Source: Deltaproteobacteria bacterium (lineage in GTDB: Bacteria > Desulfobacterota > Desulfobacteria > Desulfobacterales > Desulfatirhabdiaceae). Taken from it: a stretch of 64,000 nt of DNA. Below, one piece after another: positions 54,303 to 64,000 of the stretch. The notes beneath the pieces were generated by a model. The model was given only the letters and a program-made list of their open reading frames with translations. It did not search any database and had not been told where the DNA came from. Positions within the stretch are counted from its first letter, which is position 1. Each line of letters opens with the position of its first letter. The position numbers and the translations under genes were made by a program. Location of the stretch: positions 4,810-68,809 of the forward strand of contig JACRBZ010000078.1 of the NCBI GenBank assembly GCA_016219185.1, read 5' to 3'.

Positions 54303-55469
54303 ATGAAAAAATATAAAATTACCAAGACGTATAAAGAAATCAATGATAAAATCAAATCCGGCGAAGTGGTCGTGGTCACTGCCGAAGAAATGACGGATAT
54401 CGTCAAACAGCAGGGGCCGGTTGAGGCGGCCCGGTATGTGGATGTGGTGACGACCGGGACTTTTGCACCCATGTGCTCATCCGGGGCATTTATCAATTTC
54501 GGCCACTCGACGCCGGGCATCAAGGCGTCCAGGGTCTGGATGAATAATGTTCCGGCTTATGGCGGCATTGCCGCGGTGGATTGTTATATCGGCGCCACGG
54601 AACCCTGCGAGGATGATCCGCTGAACAAGGTTTATCCCGGCGAGTTCAATTACGGGGGCGGGCATGTGATTCAGGATCTGGTCGCCGGAAAGCGGGTGTT
54701 TCTGAAAGCCACGGCTTACGGTACGGACTGTTATCCCAACCGTTATGTTGAAAAAGAAATCACCCTTCAAACCCTTCCCAATGCCGTGCTTTGCAATCCG
54801 AGAAATGGGTATCAGAATTATAACTGCGCCGTGAATCTGACCAAAAAAACCGTTTATACGTACATGGGGACCCTGAAGCCCCGTGCCGGGAACGCCAACT
54901 ACAGTACGTCGGGTTCGCTGAGCCCGCTGTTCAACGATCCCTATTATCAAACCATCGGACTGGGAACCCGGATATTTCTGGGCGGCGCGGAAGGCTATGT
55001 GACCTGGCACGGCACCCAGCACAAACCCTCTGCCAAGCGTACCGACAACGGGGTTCCGGTAACGCCTGCAGGAACCCTGTGGGTCATGGGAGATCTGAAA
55101 AAAATGAGTCCCCGATGGCTGGTGGGCGTGAGTATTCTGGGATATGGATGTTCGCTGGCGGTCGGACTGGGAATCCCGATTCCGGTTTTGAACGAGGAAA
55201 TCGCCGGATACACCGGGGTTTCGGATGAAGAGATCTTTACCCAGATTCTGGACTATGGCCATGATTATCCCAACGGCATCTCCCGAAGCCTGGGCCAGGT
55301 CAGTTACGCGGAACTGAAAAGTGGAACGATTCAGTTGAACGGTGTGGATGTTCAAACCGTTCCACTCTCCAGTACGGTCAGGGCCAGGGAAATCGCGGGG
55401 ACTCTGAAGAAATGGATTTCCCGCGGCGAATTCATGCTGGGTGAACCGCAGTTTACCCTGCCGGTTTAA
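54303..55469 (+). CDS. COG1900/DUF39 homocysteine-biosynthesis-type protein
   Basis: KTYKEINDKIKSGEVVVVTAEEMTDIV...VDVVTTGTFAPMCSSGAFINFGH is the DUF39 N-terminal pattern. Start at MKKYK (ATG 54303). Confidence 0.7.
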   Translation: MKKYKITKTYKEINDKIKSGEVVVVTAEEMTDIVKQQGPVEAARYVDVVTTGTFAPMCSSGAFINFGHSTPGIKASRVWMNNVPAYGGIAAVDCYIGATEPCEDDPLNKVYPGEFNYGGGHVIQDLVAGKRVFLKATAYGTDCYPNRYVEKEITLQTLPNAVLCNPRNGYQNYNCAVNLTKKTVYTYMGTLKPRAGNANYSTSGSLSPLFNDPYYQTIGLGTRIFLGGAEGYVTWHGTQHKPSAKRTDNGVPVTPAGTLWVMGDLKKMSPRWLVGVSILGYGCSLAVGLGIPIPVLNEEIAGYTGVSDEEIFTQILDYGHDYPNGISRSLGQVSYAELKSGTIQLNGVDVQTVPLSSTVRAREIAGTLKKWISRGEFMLGEPQFTLPV

Positions 55470-55481
55470 CGGGACCCCGTC

Positions 55482-56102
55482 ATGCCGGATCTCATCAGAA
55501 CCTTTATCGCCGTGACGCTTCCCGAGTCCCTGACGGATCTCGTGTCCGAGATTCAAAAAACGCTTAAGACTCAGGGCTTGCGTATTGCCTGGGTAGTTCC
55601 CGGGAATGTTCATTTGACATTGAAATTCCTTGGCGATATTGAACCTGCCGATGTTGATCCGATTGCCGCGGTCATGTCCGAATGCGCGCAGCCGATTGCG
55701 CCACTGACCCTTTCCGCCAGAGGGCTTGGCGTTTTTCCGGATCTTCGGCATCCGAGGGTGCTGTGGCTGGGGATAACGGGCGATATGCCGCAGTTGATCG
55801 CGTTTCAGAAGGACCTGGATGCCCGGCTGGATGCTCTTGGACAGGGCCGGTTCAAGCCTGAACAAAGGCCGTTCAAAGGGCATCTGACGCTGGGCAGGAT
55901 CAAGACCAGGCTGGATTCCGGTATTCTGCTCAAAGCACTCAGGGAAACCGCGCGGGATGCGCATACGTTTGTGGTCGATGCCGTTCATTTGATTCAAAGC
56001 CGGTTGACGCCGACCGGTTCAATTTACACGCCGCTCAGACGCGTGGTGCTGGGCAGTTCAGTATGCGATCTTTGTCAGAGGAATGCACTTGCTCACAAAT
56101 AA
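55482..56102 (+). CDS. thpR: RNA 2',3'-cyclic phosphodiesterase (2H family, ThpR/LigT)
   Basis: Two HxTx motifs: [10 protein letters not shown] and KGHLTLGRI. Confidence 0.85.
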   Translation: MPDLIRTFIAVTLPESLTDLVSEIQKTLKTQGLRIAWVVPGNVHLTLKFLGDIEPADVDPIAAVMSECAQPIAPLTLSARGLGVFPDLRHPRVLWLGITGDMPQLIAFQKDLDARLDALGQGRFKPEQRPFKGHLTLGRIKTRLDSGILLKALRETARDAHTFVVDAVHLIQSRLTPTGSIYTPLRRVVLGSSVCDLCQRNALAHK

Positions 56103-56115
56103 AAAAGGAGGGCAC

Positions 56116-57147
56116 ATGATTACCATGCCGGAAAAGGAAAAAGCCGTTGATGCGGCGATGAGTCAGATAGAGCGCCAGTTCGGTAAAGGTTCTATCATGA
56201 AGCTGGGAAGCCGGGTCGTGCAGGACATCCCCACGATTCCCACCGGGTCCCTGGCCCTGGACAAGGCACTTGGTATCGGCGGCCTTCCCAGGGGAAGGGT
56301 GGTTGAAATATTCGGTCCGGAATCATCGGGAAAAACCACGCTGGCCCTTCATGCGCTTGCCAGTGCCCAAAAACAAGGCGGCATCGCTGCGTTCATCGAT
56401 GCCGAACATGCCCTGGACCCGATTTATGCACGCAAGCTCGGGGTCAATTGTGATGAGATGCTGATCTCTCAGCCCGATACCGGGGAACAGGCCCTTGAAA
56501 TTGCAGATATGCTGGTGCGAAGCGGTGCCATCGATATCGTGGTCATCGACTCCGTGGCAGCGCTGGTGCCCCGGGCGGAAATCGAAGGAGAAATGGGGGA
56601 TTCCCACATGGGGCTTCAGGCCAGGCTCATGTCCCAGGCCCTTCGCAAACTGACCGGAACCATCAGCAAGACCATGACCTGCGTGATTTTCATCAACCAG
56701 ATCCGCTCCAAAATCGGCGTGGTTTTCGGAAATCCCGAGACGACGACAGGCGGCAATGCATTGAAATTTTACGCATCCGTCCGGCTTGATATCCGGCGCA
56801 CCAGCCCCATCAAGGACGCTCAGGAACAGACGGGGTACCGCACCAAGGTCCGGGTCGTGAAAAACAAGCTGGCCCCGCCGTTCCGGGAAGCGGAATTCGA
56901 TATTCTCTACGGCGAAGGGATTTCCGCGGCAGGAGATCTCCTGGATGTCGGTGTCGAGGTGGGCATCATTGAAAAAAGCGGTTCCTGGTATGCTTATCAG
57001 GGGGAGCGGATCGGACAGGGCCGGCAAAACGTCAAGGCCTATTTTGCTGAGAATCCGGAGACCTATCAATCCATTTTGACACGGGTCAGAGAAAGCATGG
57101 GGATTGTTGTCAAGAAGGAAGAGGCGTCTAAACAAACAACAGCGTAA
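56116..57147 (+). CDS. recA: Recombinase RecA
   Basis: [27 protein letters not shown] and [39 protein letters not shown]. Start at ATG 56116, after AGGAGGG. Confidence 0.95.
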   Translation: MITMPEKEKAVDAAMSQIERQFGKGSIMKLGSRVVQDIPTIPTGSLALDKALGIGGLPRGRVVEIFGPESSGKTTLALHALASAQKQGGIAAFIDAEHALDPIYARKLGVNCDEMLISQPDTGEQALEIADMLVRSGAIDIVVIDSVAALVPRAEIEGEMGDSHMGLQARLMSQALRKLTGTISKTMTCVIFINQIRSKIGVVFGNPETTTGGNALKFYASVRLDIRRTSPIKDAQEQTGYRTKVRVVKNKLAPPFREAEFDILYGEGISAAGDLLDVGVEVGIIEKSGSWYAYQGERIGQGRQNVKAYFAENPETYQSILTRVRESMGIVVKKEEASKQTTA

Positions 57148-57196
57148 CGACACAAGTATATCGGCTGTTATTATATTTCAATCAATGGAGCGATCT

Positions 57197-59836
57197 ATGA
57201 CGGGTAACGAGATACGCCGGCAATTCCTGGAATATTTCAAAAAACATTCACACCAGCAGGTCAGAAGTTCATCCCTGGTTCCCCAGGATGATCCCACGCT
57301 GTTATTCACCAATGCGGGCATGGTTCAGTTCAAGCGTACGTTTCTGGGGGAGGAAAAACGCGGGTATAACCGCGCCGTGACTTCCCAGAAATGCGTCCGT
57401 GCGGGCGGCAAGCACAATGACCTGGAAAATGTCGGCTATACGGCCAGGCACCACACGTTTTTTGAAATGCTGGGAAATTTTTCCTTCGGAGATTATTTCA
57501 AGGAAAAAGCCATTGAATTTGCCTGGGATCTCCTGGTCAACGGCTATGGCCTGCCTGCGGATAAGCTGTATGCCTCCGTTTATCTGGATGATGACGAGGC
57601 TTACGGCTTGTGGCACAAAAACATCGGCGTTCCGGAAGATCGGATTGTCCGGTTCGGCGAAAAGGATAATTTCTGGGCCATGGGAGATACCGGCCCCTGC
57701 GGCCCGTGTTCGGAAATCCTGATCGACCGGGGCGAACGCTATGGATGCGGACAGCCGGAGTGTCGGGTGGGATGCGACTGCGACCGGTATCTGGAGATCT
57801 GGAATCTGGTGTTCATGCAGTTCAACCGGGATGAAACCGGCAAAATGACGCCTCTTCCCAAACCCAGCATCGATACGGGCATGGGCCTTGAGCGGATCGT
57901 CTCCGTTGTGCAGAATGCGGCCACCAATTATGACACCGATCTGATCATGCCCATCATGAAAGAGGCCGAGGCCCTCTGCGGGAAACGTCTGGGGGATTCC
58001 CATGAAAGCGATGTGGCCATGAAGGTCATTGCCGATCACAGCCGGGCAGCCGCTTTTCTGATCGGAGACGGAGTTCTGCCGTCCAATGAGGGCAGGGGAT
58101 ATGTGCTTCGCCGGATCATGCGACGGGCCATCCGGTACGGCCGAAACATCGGTCTGACCCGGCCGTTTCTTCACAAGACCGCAGGGGCTGTCTGCGATCT
58201 CATGAAGCCAGCCTACCCGGAGCTTTCCGATGCCTTTGCCTTCATCACCAATGTGATCCAGAACGAAGAACGCCGGTTTTCCGAAACCCTGGACAATGGT
58301 CTCAAGCTGTTGAACGATACGCTTCAGGACATGAAGGCCAAAGGCCGGACAGAGGTTCCCGGAAATGTGGTGTTCAAGCTCTACGATACATTCGGGTTTC
58401 CCGTGGACATCGTTCGGGATGTGATTCGCGATGAACGCATGAGTGTGGACATGACCGGTTTTGAATCGGCCATGGAAGCCCAGCGGGTCCAGTCCCGGTC
58501 CGTTACGAAATTCGCCAGCGCAGGCGATGCGTTTGTGCAGCTTTCAGCAGGCGGCATCCGTCCGGAGTTTGTGGGCTATGGCCAGCGGTCCTGCATTGCG
58601 ACCGTGCTGGTTCTGGCAACGGACGGCCGGGAAATTCCGGAAGCTTCGGCAGGTGAACCCGTTGATATCGTTACCGCCGTCACCCCGTTTTACGGCGAAT
58701 CCGGCGGACAGGTCGGGGATGTCGGAACCATTACCGGCGGCGATGCCAACCCCGGACTTGAGATCCGGGTGACCGGAACCACAAAGGATCCCGCCGGAAT
58801 CATCATTCATCACGGAACGGTCCTTTCCGGATGCATTCGAAAAGGAGATGCCGTCTCTCTTTCGGTGGATGCGGTTCAGCGCGAAGCCACGGCATGCAAC
58901 CACACGGCCACCCATATTCTTCATGCAGCTCTTCGCAGGGTGCTCGGAGACCATGTCAAGCAGGCGGGATCACTGGTCAGCCCCGAAAGGCTTCGCTTTG
59001 ACTTTACGCATTTTTCCCAGGTGGATTCCGATTCCCTGGATCAGATCGAAAGAATGGTGAATGGGCGGATTCGGGAAAACGTTCCGGTTCATATCGAAGA
59101 AATGGATGCCGAGGCTGCCTTTAAGTCCGGCGCCACCGCCTTGTTCGAGGAAAAATACGGGGACCGGGTCCGCGTCATTTCGCTCGAGACTTTCAGCAAG
59201 GAGCTCTGCGGCGGAACGCATACGCAGCGCACCGGCAATATCGGGGTGTTTAAAATCATTTCAGAAGCCAGTGTGGCTTCCGGGGTCCGGCGCATCGAAG
59301 CCTTAACCGGAGATGCGGCCATGGACCATATTCTGAAATCGTTTCGCATGATACAGGATAGCGCCTCCCTGCTGAGAATAAAGCCCGAAGATATTCCCCT
59401 TCGCATTGAAAAAATGCTGTCCACTCAAAAAACCCTTGAAAAAGAAGTGGAAAGGCTCAAATCGCAACTGACGGCAGGCTCCATGCACGCGGCGATGGAT
59501 GACATGCAGACGATTCAGGGCATTTCGGTTCTGGTGAAAAGAGTTGCGGCCGATTCGCCGACAGCGCTTCGGGATATGGGGGATCAGTTCAAGGACAAAA
59601 TTCAATCCGGAGTCGTTGTCCTGGGAAGCGAGGCGGCCGGAAAAGTCCTTTTGATTGCCCTGGTAACCAAAGACCTGGTCAAGCGGTTTCATGCCGGAAA
59701 CATCGTCAAAGAGATATCCGCTGTTGTCGGCGGCAGCGGCGGCGGCAGGCCGGACATGGCTCAGGCCGGAGGCATGCTGCCGGATAAGCTGGATGATGCG
59801 CTTAAAAAAGCCCTCGAGGTGATTGGCAGAGGGTAG
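57197..59836 (+). CDS. alaS: Alanine--tRNA ligase
   Basis: [47 protein letters not shown], and the HxxxH...CGGTH editing-domain motifs. Confidence 0.95.
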   Translation: MTGNEIRRQFLEYFKKHSHQQVRSSSLVPQDDPTLLFTNAGMVQFKRTFLGEEKRGYNRAVTSQKCVRAGGKHNDLENVGYTARHHTFFEMLGNFSFGDYFKEKAIEFAWDLLVNGYGLPADKLYASVYLDDDEAYGLWHKNIGVPEDRIVRFGEKDNFWAMGDTGPCGPCSEILIDRGERYGCGQPECRVGCDCDRYLEIWNLVFMQFNRDETGKMTPLPKPSIDTGMGLERIVSVVQNAATNYDTDLIMPIMKEAEALCGKRLGDSHESDVAMKVIADHSRAAAFLIGDGVLPSNEGRGYVLRRIMRRAIRYGRNIGLTRPFLHKTAGAVCDLMKPAYPELSDAFAFITNVIQNEERRFSETLDNGLKLLNDTLQDMKAKGRTEVPGNVVFKLYDTFGFPVDIVRDVIRDERMSVDMTGFESAMEAQRVQSRSVTKFASAGDAFVQLSAGGIRPEFVGYGQRSCIATVLVLATDGREIPEASAGEPVDIVTAVTPFYGESGGQVGDVGTITGGDANPGLEIRVTGTTKDPAGIIIHHGTVLSGCIRKGDAVSLSVDAVQREATACNHTATHILHAALRRVLGDHVKQAGSLVSPERLRFDFTHFSQVDSDSLDQIERMVNGRIRENVPVHIEEMDAEAAFKSGATALFEEKYGDRVRVISLETFSKELCGGTHTQRTGNIGVFKIISEASVASGVRRIEALTGDAAMDHILKSFRMIQDSASLLRIKPEDIPLRIEKMLSTQKTLEKEVERLKSQLTAGSMHAAMDDMQTIQGISVLVKRVAADSPTALRDMGDQFKDKIQSGVVVLGSEAAGKVLLIALVTKDLVKRFHAGNIVKEISAVVGGSGGGRPDMAQAGGMLPDKLDDALKKALEVIGRG

Positions 59837-59864
59837 GTCCTGTCATATCCGCCCTCTTTTATCC

Positions 59865-59905
59865 AAGGCCCCGATGGGATATCCCTCCGGGGCTTTGTGT
59901 TTATA
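59865..59905 (+). terminator. Rho-independent terminator after alaS
   Basis: AAGGCCCCG...CGGGGCTTT stem with an inner GGG-ATAT-CCC, followed by TTTGTGTTT. Confidence 0.6.
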
Positions 59906-59920
59906 TGATTGGAATTATAG

Positions 59921-62749
59921 ATGGCATCGGATCGCATTGCCGTGCGCGGCGCAAGGCAGCACAACCTGAAGAATATTGATGTGGATATTCCCAGAAACAA
60001 GCTGGTTGTGATCACCGGCCTGTCGGGGTCCGGGAAATCCTCTCTGGCCTTTGATACCTTGTACGCCGAAGGCCAGCGCCGGTATGTGGAATCCCTGTCC
60101 ACTTATGCGCGCCAGTTTCTGGAGCGCATGGAAAAGCCGGATGTGGATTTTATCGAAGGGCTTTCCCCGGCCATTGCCATTGAGCAAAAAACCGCAAGCC
60201 ATAATCCCCGGTCAACCGTTGGAACGGTAACGGAAATCTACGACTATTTAAGGCTGCTGTTTGCCAGGGTCGGAATCCCTCACTGTCATCAGTGCGGAAA
60301 ACCGATTGTCAGCCAGAGCCTGGATCAGATGGTGGACCAGGTGATGTCTCTTGATCCGGGCACGCGAATCATGCTCCTGTCGCCTCTGGTGGCGGGTGAG
60401 GCCGGCGGTCACGAAAAACTTTTCAAGCAGCTCGTCCGTCAGGGGTTTTCAAAGGTTCGGGTGGACGGAACGCTCCGGGATATCGAAGAGATCGGAGCCC
60501 TGAACAAAAAGGCCAGACACACGATCGATGTGGTGGTGGACCGCCTGATCGTCAAGCAAGGACTTCAGAACCGTCTTGCAGACTCGCTGGAGCTGGCCCT
60601 TTCCCGGTCCGGCGGTCAGGTAGTGATTGATATCGCGGGCCAGGAACCCGTTCTATTCAGCGAAAAAGCCGCATGTGTTGCCTGCGGCGTCAGTTATCCG
60701 CCGTTTTCACCTGCCAGTTTTTCCTTTAATTCGCCGCATGGAGCCTGTCCCCGGTGCGACGGGCTGGGTTCGACAACCGCCGTGGATCCGGATCTGGTCA
60801 TTCCCAATCCGGAACTGTCCCTGAGGGAAGGCGCGGTAACGCTCTGGGCAAAACGCGACTCCCTTCATTTCATCGAGTTTCTGGATGCCCTGACAGCCGC
60901 TTACGGCACGGACATCTATACCCCTTACAAGCTGCTTCCCGAGCAGTTCAGGCATGCCCTGCTCTACGGCTCCAAAGACATTCCCATCAAATTTTATATC
61001 GAACGCAACGATCGCCGCATTTTTTATGAAAGGCCGTTTGAAGGCATCATTCCCAAACTGGAGCGCCGCTACAAGGAGACGGATTCTGCCGGCGCCAGGG
61101 AGGAAATCCGGCAGTATATGAGTTATCGGCCCTGCTCCGAATGTCAGGGGGCAAGGCTGAATGCGGCGGCCCGTTCGGTTCGAATTCAGGGGCATAACCT
61201 GAGCGAACTGGTAGCGCTTTCTGTTGGCAGTGCACTGGGATATTTCAGAGAACTGACGCTTTCGGGACGTCAGCATGCGATTTCTGAGCGTATCCTCAAG
61301 GAAGTGATCGAGCGCCTGGGGTTTTTGAACCACGTCGGGCTTTCGTACCTGACCCTGGACCGGTCCGCCAGCACCCTTTCCGGCGGAGAAAGCCAGCGCA
61401 TACGTCTGGCCACGCAGATCGGCTCCAAACTGACCGGAGTTCTTTATGTTCTGGATGAACCCAGCGTCGGCCTTCACCAGCGGGACAATCAGCGGCTGCT
61501 CTCGGCCCTGAAGCAGATGCGGGATCTGGGCAACACCGTGCTGGTTGTGGAGCATGATGAAGAGACCATTCGGGCAGCCGATCATGTCGTGGATATGGGG
61601 CCGGGAGCCGGCATTCTCGGCGGAGAAGTCATGTTTTCGGGAACGCCGCAAAGCCTGGTCCAGGACAGCCGGTCTCTGACCGGACAATATCTTTCGGGTG
61701 AAAAGAGAATCGAGATTCCTTTAACGCGCCGGCCGGGAAACGGCAGCCGGATTGTGATTGATGGTGCCTCCGGGAACAATCTCAAGCATGTCAGCGCTGA
61801 GATCCCCCTGGGATGCCTGGTCTGTGTCACGGGGGTGTCGGGCTCCGGAAAGTCCACGCTGGTACTGGAAACCCTGTACAGCGCGCTGGTTCAGCGATTG
61901 TATCATTCCAGAATATCCGCCGGTCCCTACAGCCGGCTGGAGGGGCTGGAGGCGATCGATAAGGTGGTCAATATCGATCAATCGCCCATCGGCCGAACGC
62001 CCCGGTCCAATCCCGCCACCTATACCGGCATATTCACGCACATCCGCGATCTGTTTTCAAGAACTCAGGATGCCCGGCTCAGGGGGTTTAAAGCGGGCCG
62101 TTTCAGTTTCAATGTCAAGGGCGGACGGTGCGAGGCCTGCTCCGGGGACGGGGTCGTCAAAATCGAAATGCATTTTCTGCCGGATGTTTATGTCACCTGT
62201 GATGTGTGCCGGGGAAAGCGCTATAACCGGGAGACCCTGGAGATCCGCTACAGGGGAAAACACATTGCCGAAGTTCTGGACATGTCGGTCCATCAGTCCC
62301 TGGGATTCTTTGAAAAGATTCCGGCCATCCACTCCCGGCTTCAGACCCTGTCGGATGTCGGGCTTGACTACATTCGCCTGGGACAGGCCGCAACCACTCT
62401 GTCCGGCGGCGAGGCCCAGCGCGTAAAGCTGAGCAGCGAGCTTTCCAAAAGAGGGACCGGAAAAACCCTGTACATTCTGGATGAACCCACCACGGGCCTT
62501 CATGTCGCGGATATCCAGAACCTTCTGAATATCCTGAACCGGCTGGTGGATGCCGGAAACACCGTGCTGGTCATCGAACATCAACTGGATGTGATCAAAT
62601 CCGCGGATTACCTGATCGACCTGGGTCCTGAAGGCGGGGACGGCGGCGGGGAGGTGGTCGGCTTCGGAACCCCGGAAGCGCTGATCCGGATTCCCGGATC
62701 CCACACCGGGCAGTATTTAAAAAACCACATTTACGCCTCTCCAATGTAA
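59921..62749 (+). CDS. uvrA: Excinuclease ABC subunit A
   Basis: [37 protein letters not shown], two ABC modules ([24 protein letters not shown]), zinc-finger Cys clusters. 942 aa. Confidence 0.95.
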   Translation: MASDRIAVRGARQHNLKNIDVDIPRNKLVVITGLSGSGKSSLAFDTLYAEGQRRYVESLSTYARQFLERMEKPDVDFIEGLSPAIAIEQKTASHNPRSTVGTVTEIYDYLRLLFARVGIPHCHQCGKPIVSQSLDQMVDQVMSLDPGTRIMLLSPLVAGEAGGHEKLFKQLVRQGFSKVRVDGTLRDIEEIGALNKKARHTIDVVVDRLIVKQGLQNRLADSLELALSRSGGQVVIDIAGQEPVLFSEKAACVACGVSYPPFSPASFSFNSPHGACPRCDGLGSTTAVDPDLVIPNPELSLREGAVTLWAKRDSLHFIEFLDALTAAYGTDIYTPYKLLPEQFRHALLYGSKDIPIKFYIERNDRRIFYERPFEGIIPKLERRYKETDSAGAREEIRQYMSYRPCSECQGARLNAAARSVRIQGHNLSELVALSVGSALGYFRELTLSGRQHAISERILKEVIERLGFLNHVGLSYLTLDRSASTLSGGESQRIRLATQIGSKLTGVLYVLDEPSVGLHQRDNQRLLSALKQMRDLGNTVLVVEHDEETIRAADHVVDMGPGAGILGGEVMFSGTPQSLVQDSRSLTGQYLSGEKRIEIPLTRRPGNGSRIVIDGASGNNLKHVSAEIPLGCLVCVTGVSGSGKSTLVLETLYSALVQRLYHSRISAGPYSRLEGLEAIDKVVNIDQSPIGRTPRSNPATYTGIFTHIRDLFSRTQDARLRGFKAGRFSFNVKGGRCEACSGDGVVKIEMHFLPDVYVTCDVCRGKRYNRETLEIRYRGKHIAEVLDMSVHQSLGFFEKIPAIHSRLQTLSDVGLDYIRLGQAATTLSGGEAQRVKLSSELSKRGTGKTLYILDEPTTGLHVADIQNLLNILNRLVDAGNTVLVIEHQLDVIKSADYLIDLGPEGGDGGGEVVGFGTPEALIRIPGSHTGQYLKNHIYASPM

Positions 62750-62873
62750 AACAAATGTAATGCCGGACAAATGGCTTTGCTTTTCCAATGCGTTATTTCA
62801 GAATAACAAATTTTTAAACAACCGATCGCAACACAATCCTGAAAAACAACCCATTGAAGGAGTATTCTCAGCC

Positions 62874-63509
62874 ATGCATTATACCATATTCGATACGCCG
62901 GTCATCCGAACGCTGATGCGCTGGATTTCTCTGTTCGTCTTTAAAATGAGAGGATGGCGTATTGAAGGCCGGTTTCCGGCAATTTCCAGGTACGTCTTGA
63001 TTGCAGCCCCGCACACGTCCAATTGGGATTTCCCGATTACATTGTGTGTGACCTTTGCGCTTAAGGGTAAAATTTACTGGATGGGAAAAGACGCCCTGTT
63101 CAGTTGGCCGTTTCAAGGGATGTTCAAATGGCTGGGCGGAATTCCCGTTGATCGATCCAAATCCAATAATATGGTCGCTCAAATGATTCAACAATTTTCA
63201 GTCCATGAAAGCCTGGTTTTGACCATTCCTCCTGCGGGAACGCGCAGCAAAGTCATGAAATGGAAAACGGGCTTTTATTATATTGCCCGGGGTGCCAATG
63301 TTCCAGTGGTGCTCGGATTTTTGAACTATCGGACAAAGGTCGGCGGTATCGGACCTGTATTTCTTCCCACCGGCGATATCCATGCGGATATGCAGAGCAT
63401 CAGAGCCTTCTATTCAGGCATTCACGGAAAGCATCCGGTGCAGGATATATATGTCATGACGCCTTCCAACCCCTTAATAAATGCAGTTGAACTGCAGGAA
63501 GCCGGGTAA
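62874..63509 (+). CDS. Lysophospholipid (1-acyl-glycerol-3-phosphate-type) acyltransferase family protein
   Basis: HX4D motif APHTSNWDF, and a PAGTRS motif. Start at MHYTIF, after GAAGGAG. Confidence 0.7.
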   Translation: MHYTIFDTPVIRTLMRWISLFVFKMRGWRIEGRFPAISRYVLIAAPHTSNWDFPITLCVTFALKGKIYWMGKDALFSWPFQGMFKWLGGIPVDRSKSNNMVAQMIQQFSVHESLVLTIPPAGTRSKVMKWKTGFYYIARGANVPVVLGFLNYRTKVGGIGPVFLPTGDIHADMQSIRAFYSGIHGKHPVQDIYVMTPSNPLINAVELQEAG

Positions 63510-63569
63510 TAAGGCAGAAGGTAAGAAACCCGGGAAGCGCTAAGTCTTTTAGGATTCGACATTTCTGCC

Positions 63570-64000
63570 TCATTCAAGGGACATCATAAAACCTGTTCTC
63601 GGATGTTCCTGCGCTGATTCATTCGGGTAATCGATGGGGTTGACGCCTCCTTTTAAGAACGTGGTAGTTACGTTCTGTCCCCCTCTTGCCGCGCGAACAT
63701 ATCCATGGAAGTACTTATGGTTGTAGCTGTCGTACCCGTGGCGAAACCCTACGCCCCATGCCAGATGGGTATAGTTCGCGCTGGTGGAAGACGACCAATA
63801 CCAGGAAGCGGCTGTATCGGGAAAGAATTTTGTATTGATGGATGGATTACTGTTGGCCGAATCTACTAAATTGGCCAGTTCCTTGATGGAGGGAAGGCGC
63901 CAGTCCGAATAGCCGCCAAAGTGAGTCTTGTTCATTGCTTTGATAAAAGCTTCGGTGTTTGCGCCGTTGCCCGGAGTGCCGGCATAACCGCCGTTGGTGT
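63570..64000 (-). CDS. DUF1566 (Lcl C-terminal domain)-containing protein; the gene continues past the right edge
   Basis: [18 protein letters not shown] and WYWSSST are DUF1566 hallmarks. The frame stays open upstream of the listed Met all the way to position 64000 (...[24 protein letters not shown]). Confidence 0.65.
   Translation of the reverse strand, partial: TNGGYAGTPGNGANTEAFIKAMNKTHFGGYSDWRLPSIKELANLVDSANSNPSINTKFFPDTAASWYWSSSTSANYTHLAWGVGFRHGYDSYNHKYFHGYVRAARGGQNVTTTFLKGGVNPIDYPNESAQEHPRTGFMMSLE

Noticed and set aside
54477-55997. A 506-aa minus-strand ORF.
   Set aside because: It is antisense to the well-supported COG1900 and thpR genes. It has Arg/Gly/Pro-rich low-complexity composition and no RBS context.
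57148-57196. Absence of recX between recA and alaS.
   Set aside because: recX is not universally linked to recA, and the spacer is only 49 nt with a normal RBS for alaS. This is not informative.
56323-58174. Minus-strand ORFs of 276 aa and 290 aa.
   Set aside because: They are antisense to recA and alaS, which are unambiguous. These are typical shadow ORFs.
60707-62704. Minus-strand ORFs of 326 aa and 215 aa, plus a 222-aa plus-strand alternate-frame ORF.
   Set aside because: All lie inside uvrA, whose own frame carries every expected motif. These are shadow ORFs.

Overview
The gene content suggests an anaerobic Desulfobacterota-type (delta-proteobacterial) chromosome: futalosine menaquinone pathway, COG1900 homocysteine gene, sigma-54/LPS/PTS-Ntr cluster. 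This taxonomic call is inference only. All protein identities were recognised by eye from motifs in the supplied translations, and no database search was run.

Layout:
- 1-5.1 kb, minus strand: an operon mixing acyl-CoA enzymes (carboxyltransferase, crotonase) with a DUF4037/DUF4125 pair, an SDR epimerase, a TPR protein and an FKBP.
- 5.1-5.8 kb: a 660-bp ORF-free divergent region with a good sigma-54 promoter.
- 5.8-25.5 kb, plus strand: an alpha-methylacyl-CoA-racemase-like gene, two gene remnants (macro domain, panB), a DUF2520 protein, a TetR regulator and a PP-loop ATPase. These are followed by a long catabolic cluster: TRAP transporter, acyl-CoA ligase, split B12-dependent acyl-CoA mutase (large subunit, small subunit and MeaB separated by MmgE/PrpD, thiolase, FadB-like, FMN oxidoreductase and crotonase genes). 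I consider this the best candidate for an undescribed pathway, because the mutase substrate-pocket segment is rebuilt and the cluster has no acyl-CoA dehydrogenase.
- 25.9-30.3 kb: a decaying patch with a malate/lactate dehydrogenase pseudogene, an HU/IHF fragment, hypothetical genes and about 840 bp without credible ORFs.
- 30.3-39.0 kb: a complete futalosine cluster (TetR, mqnB, mqnD, mqnA, deaminase, mqnC, mqnE). It has a group II intron inserted antisense between mqnE and mqnC, and a 12-nt in-frame tandem repeat inside mqnA.
- 39.1-42.6 kb: the remnant of an island at tRNA-Leu(GAG), with an orphan type I hsdM, a truncated rhuM, HigB/HigA scraps and an integrase C-terminal remnant.
- 42.6-64 kb: core genes (secG-tpiA-gap, PTS-EIIA, rapZ, ptsN, hpf, rpoN, lptB/A/C, kdsC, kdsA, M23 peptidase, COG1900, thpR, recA, alaS, uvrA, an acyltransferase, and a DUF1566 protein that runs off the right edge).

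No rRNA and no CRISPR array were seen.
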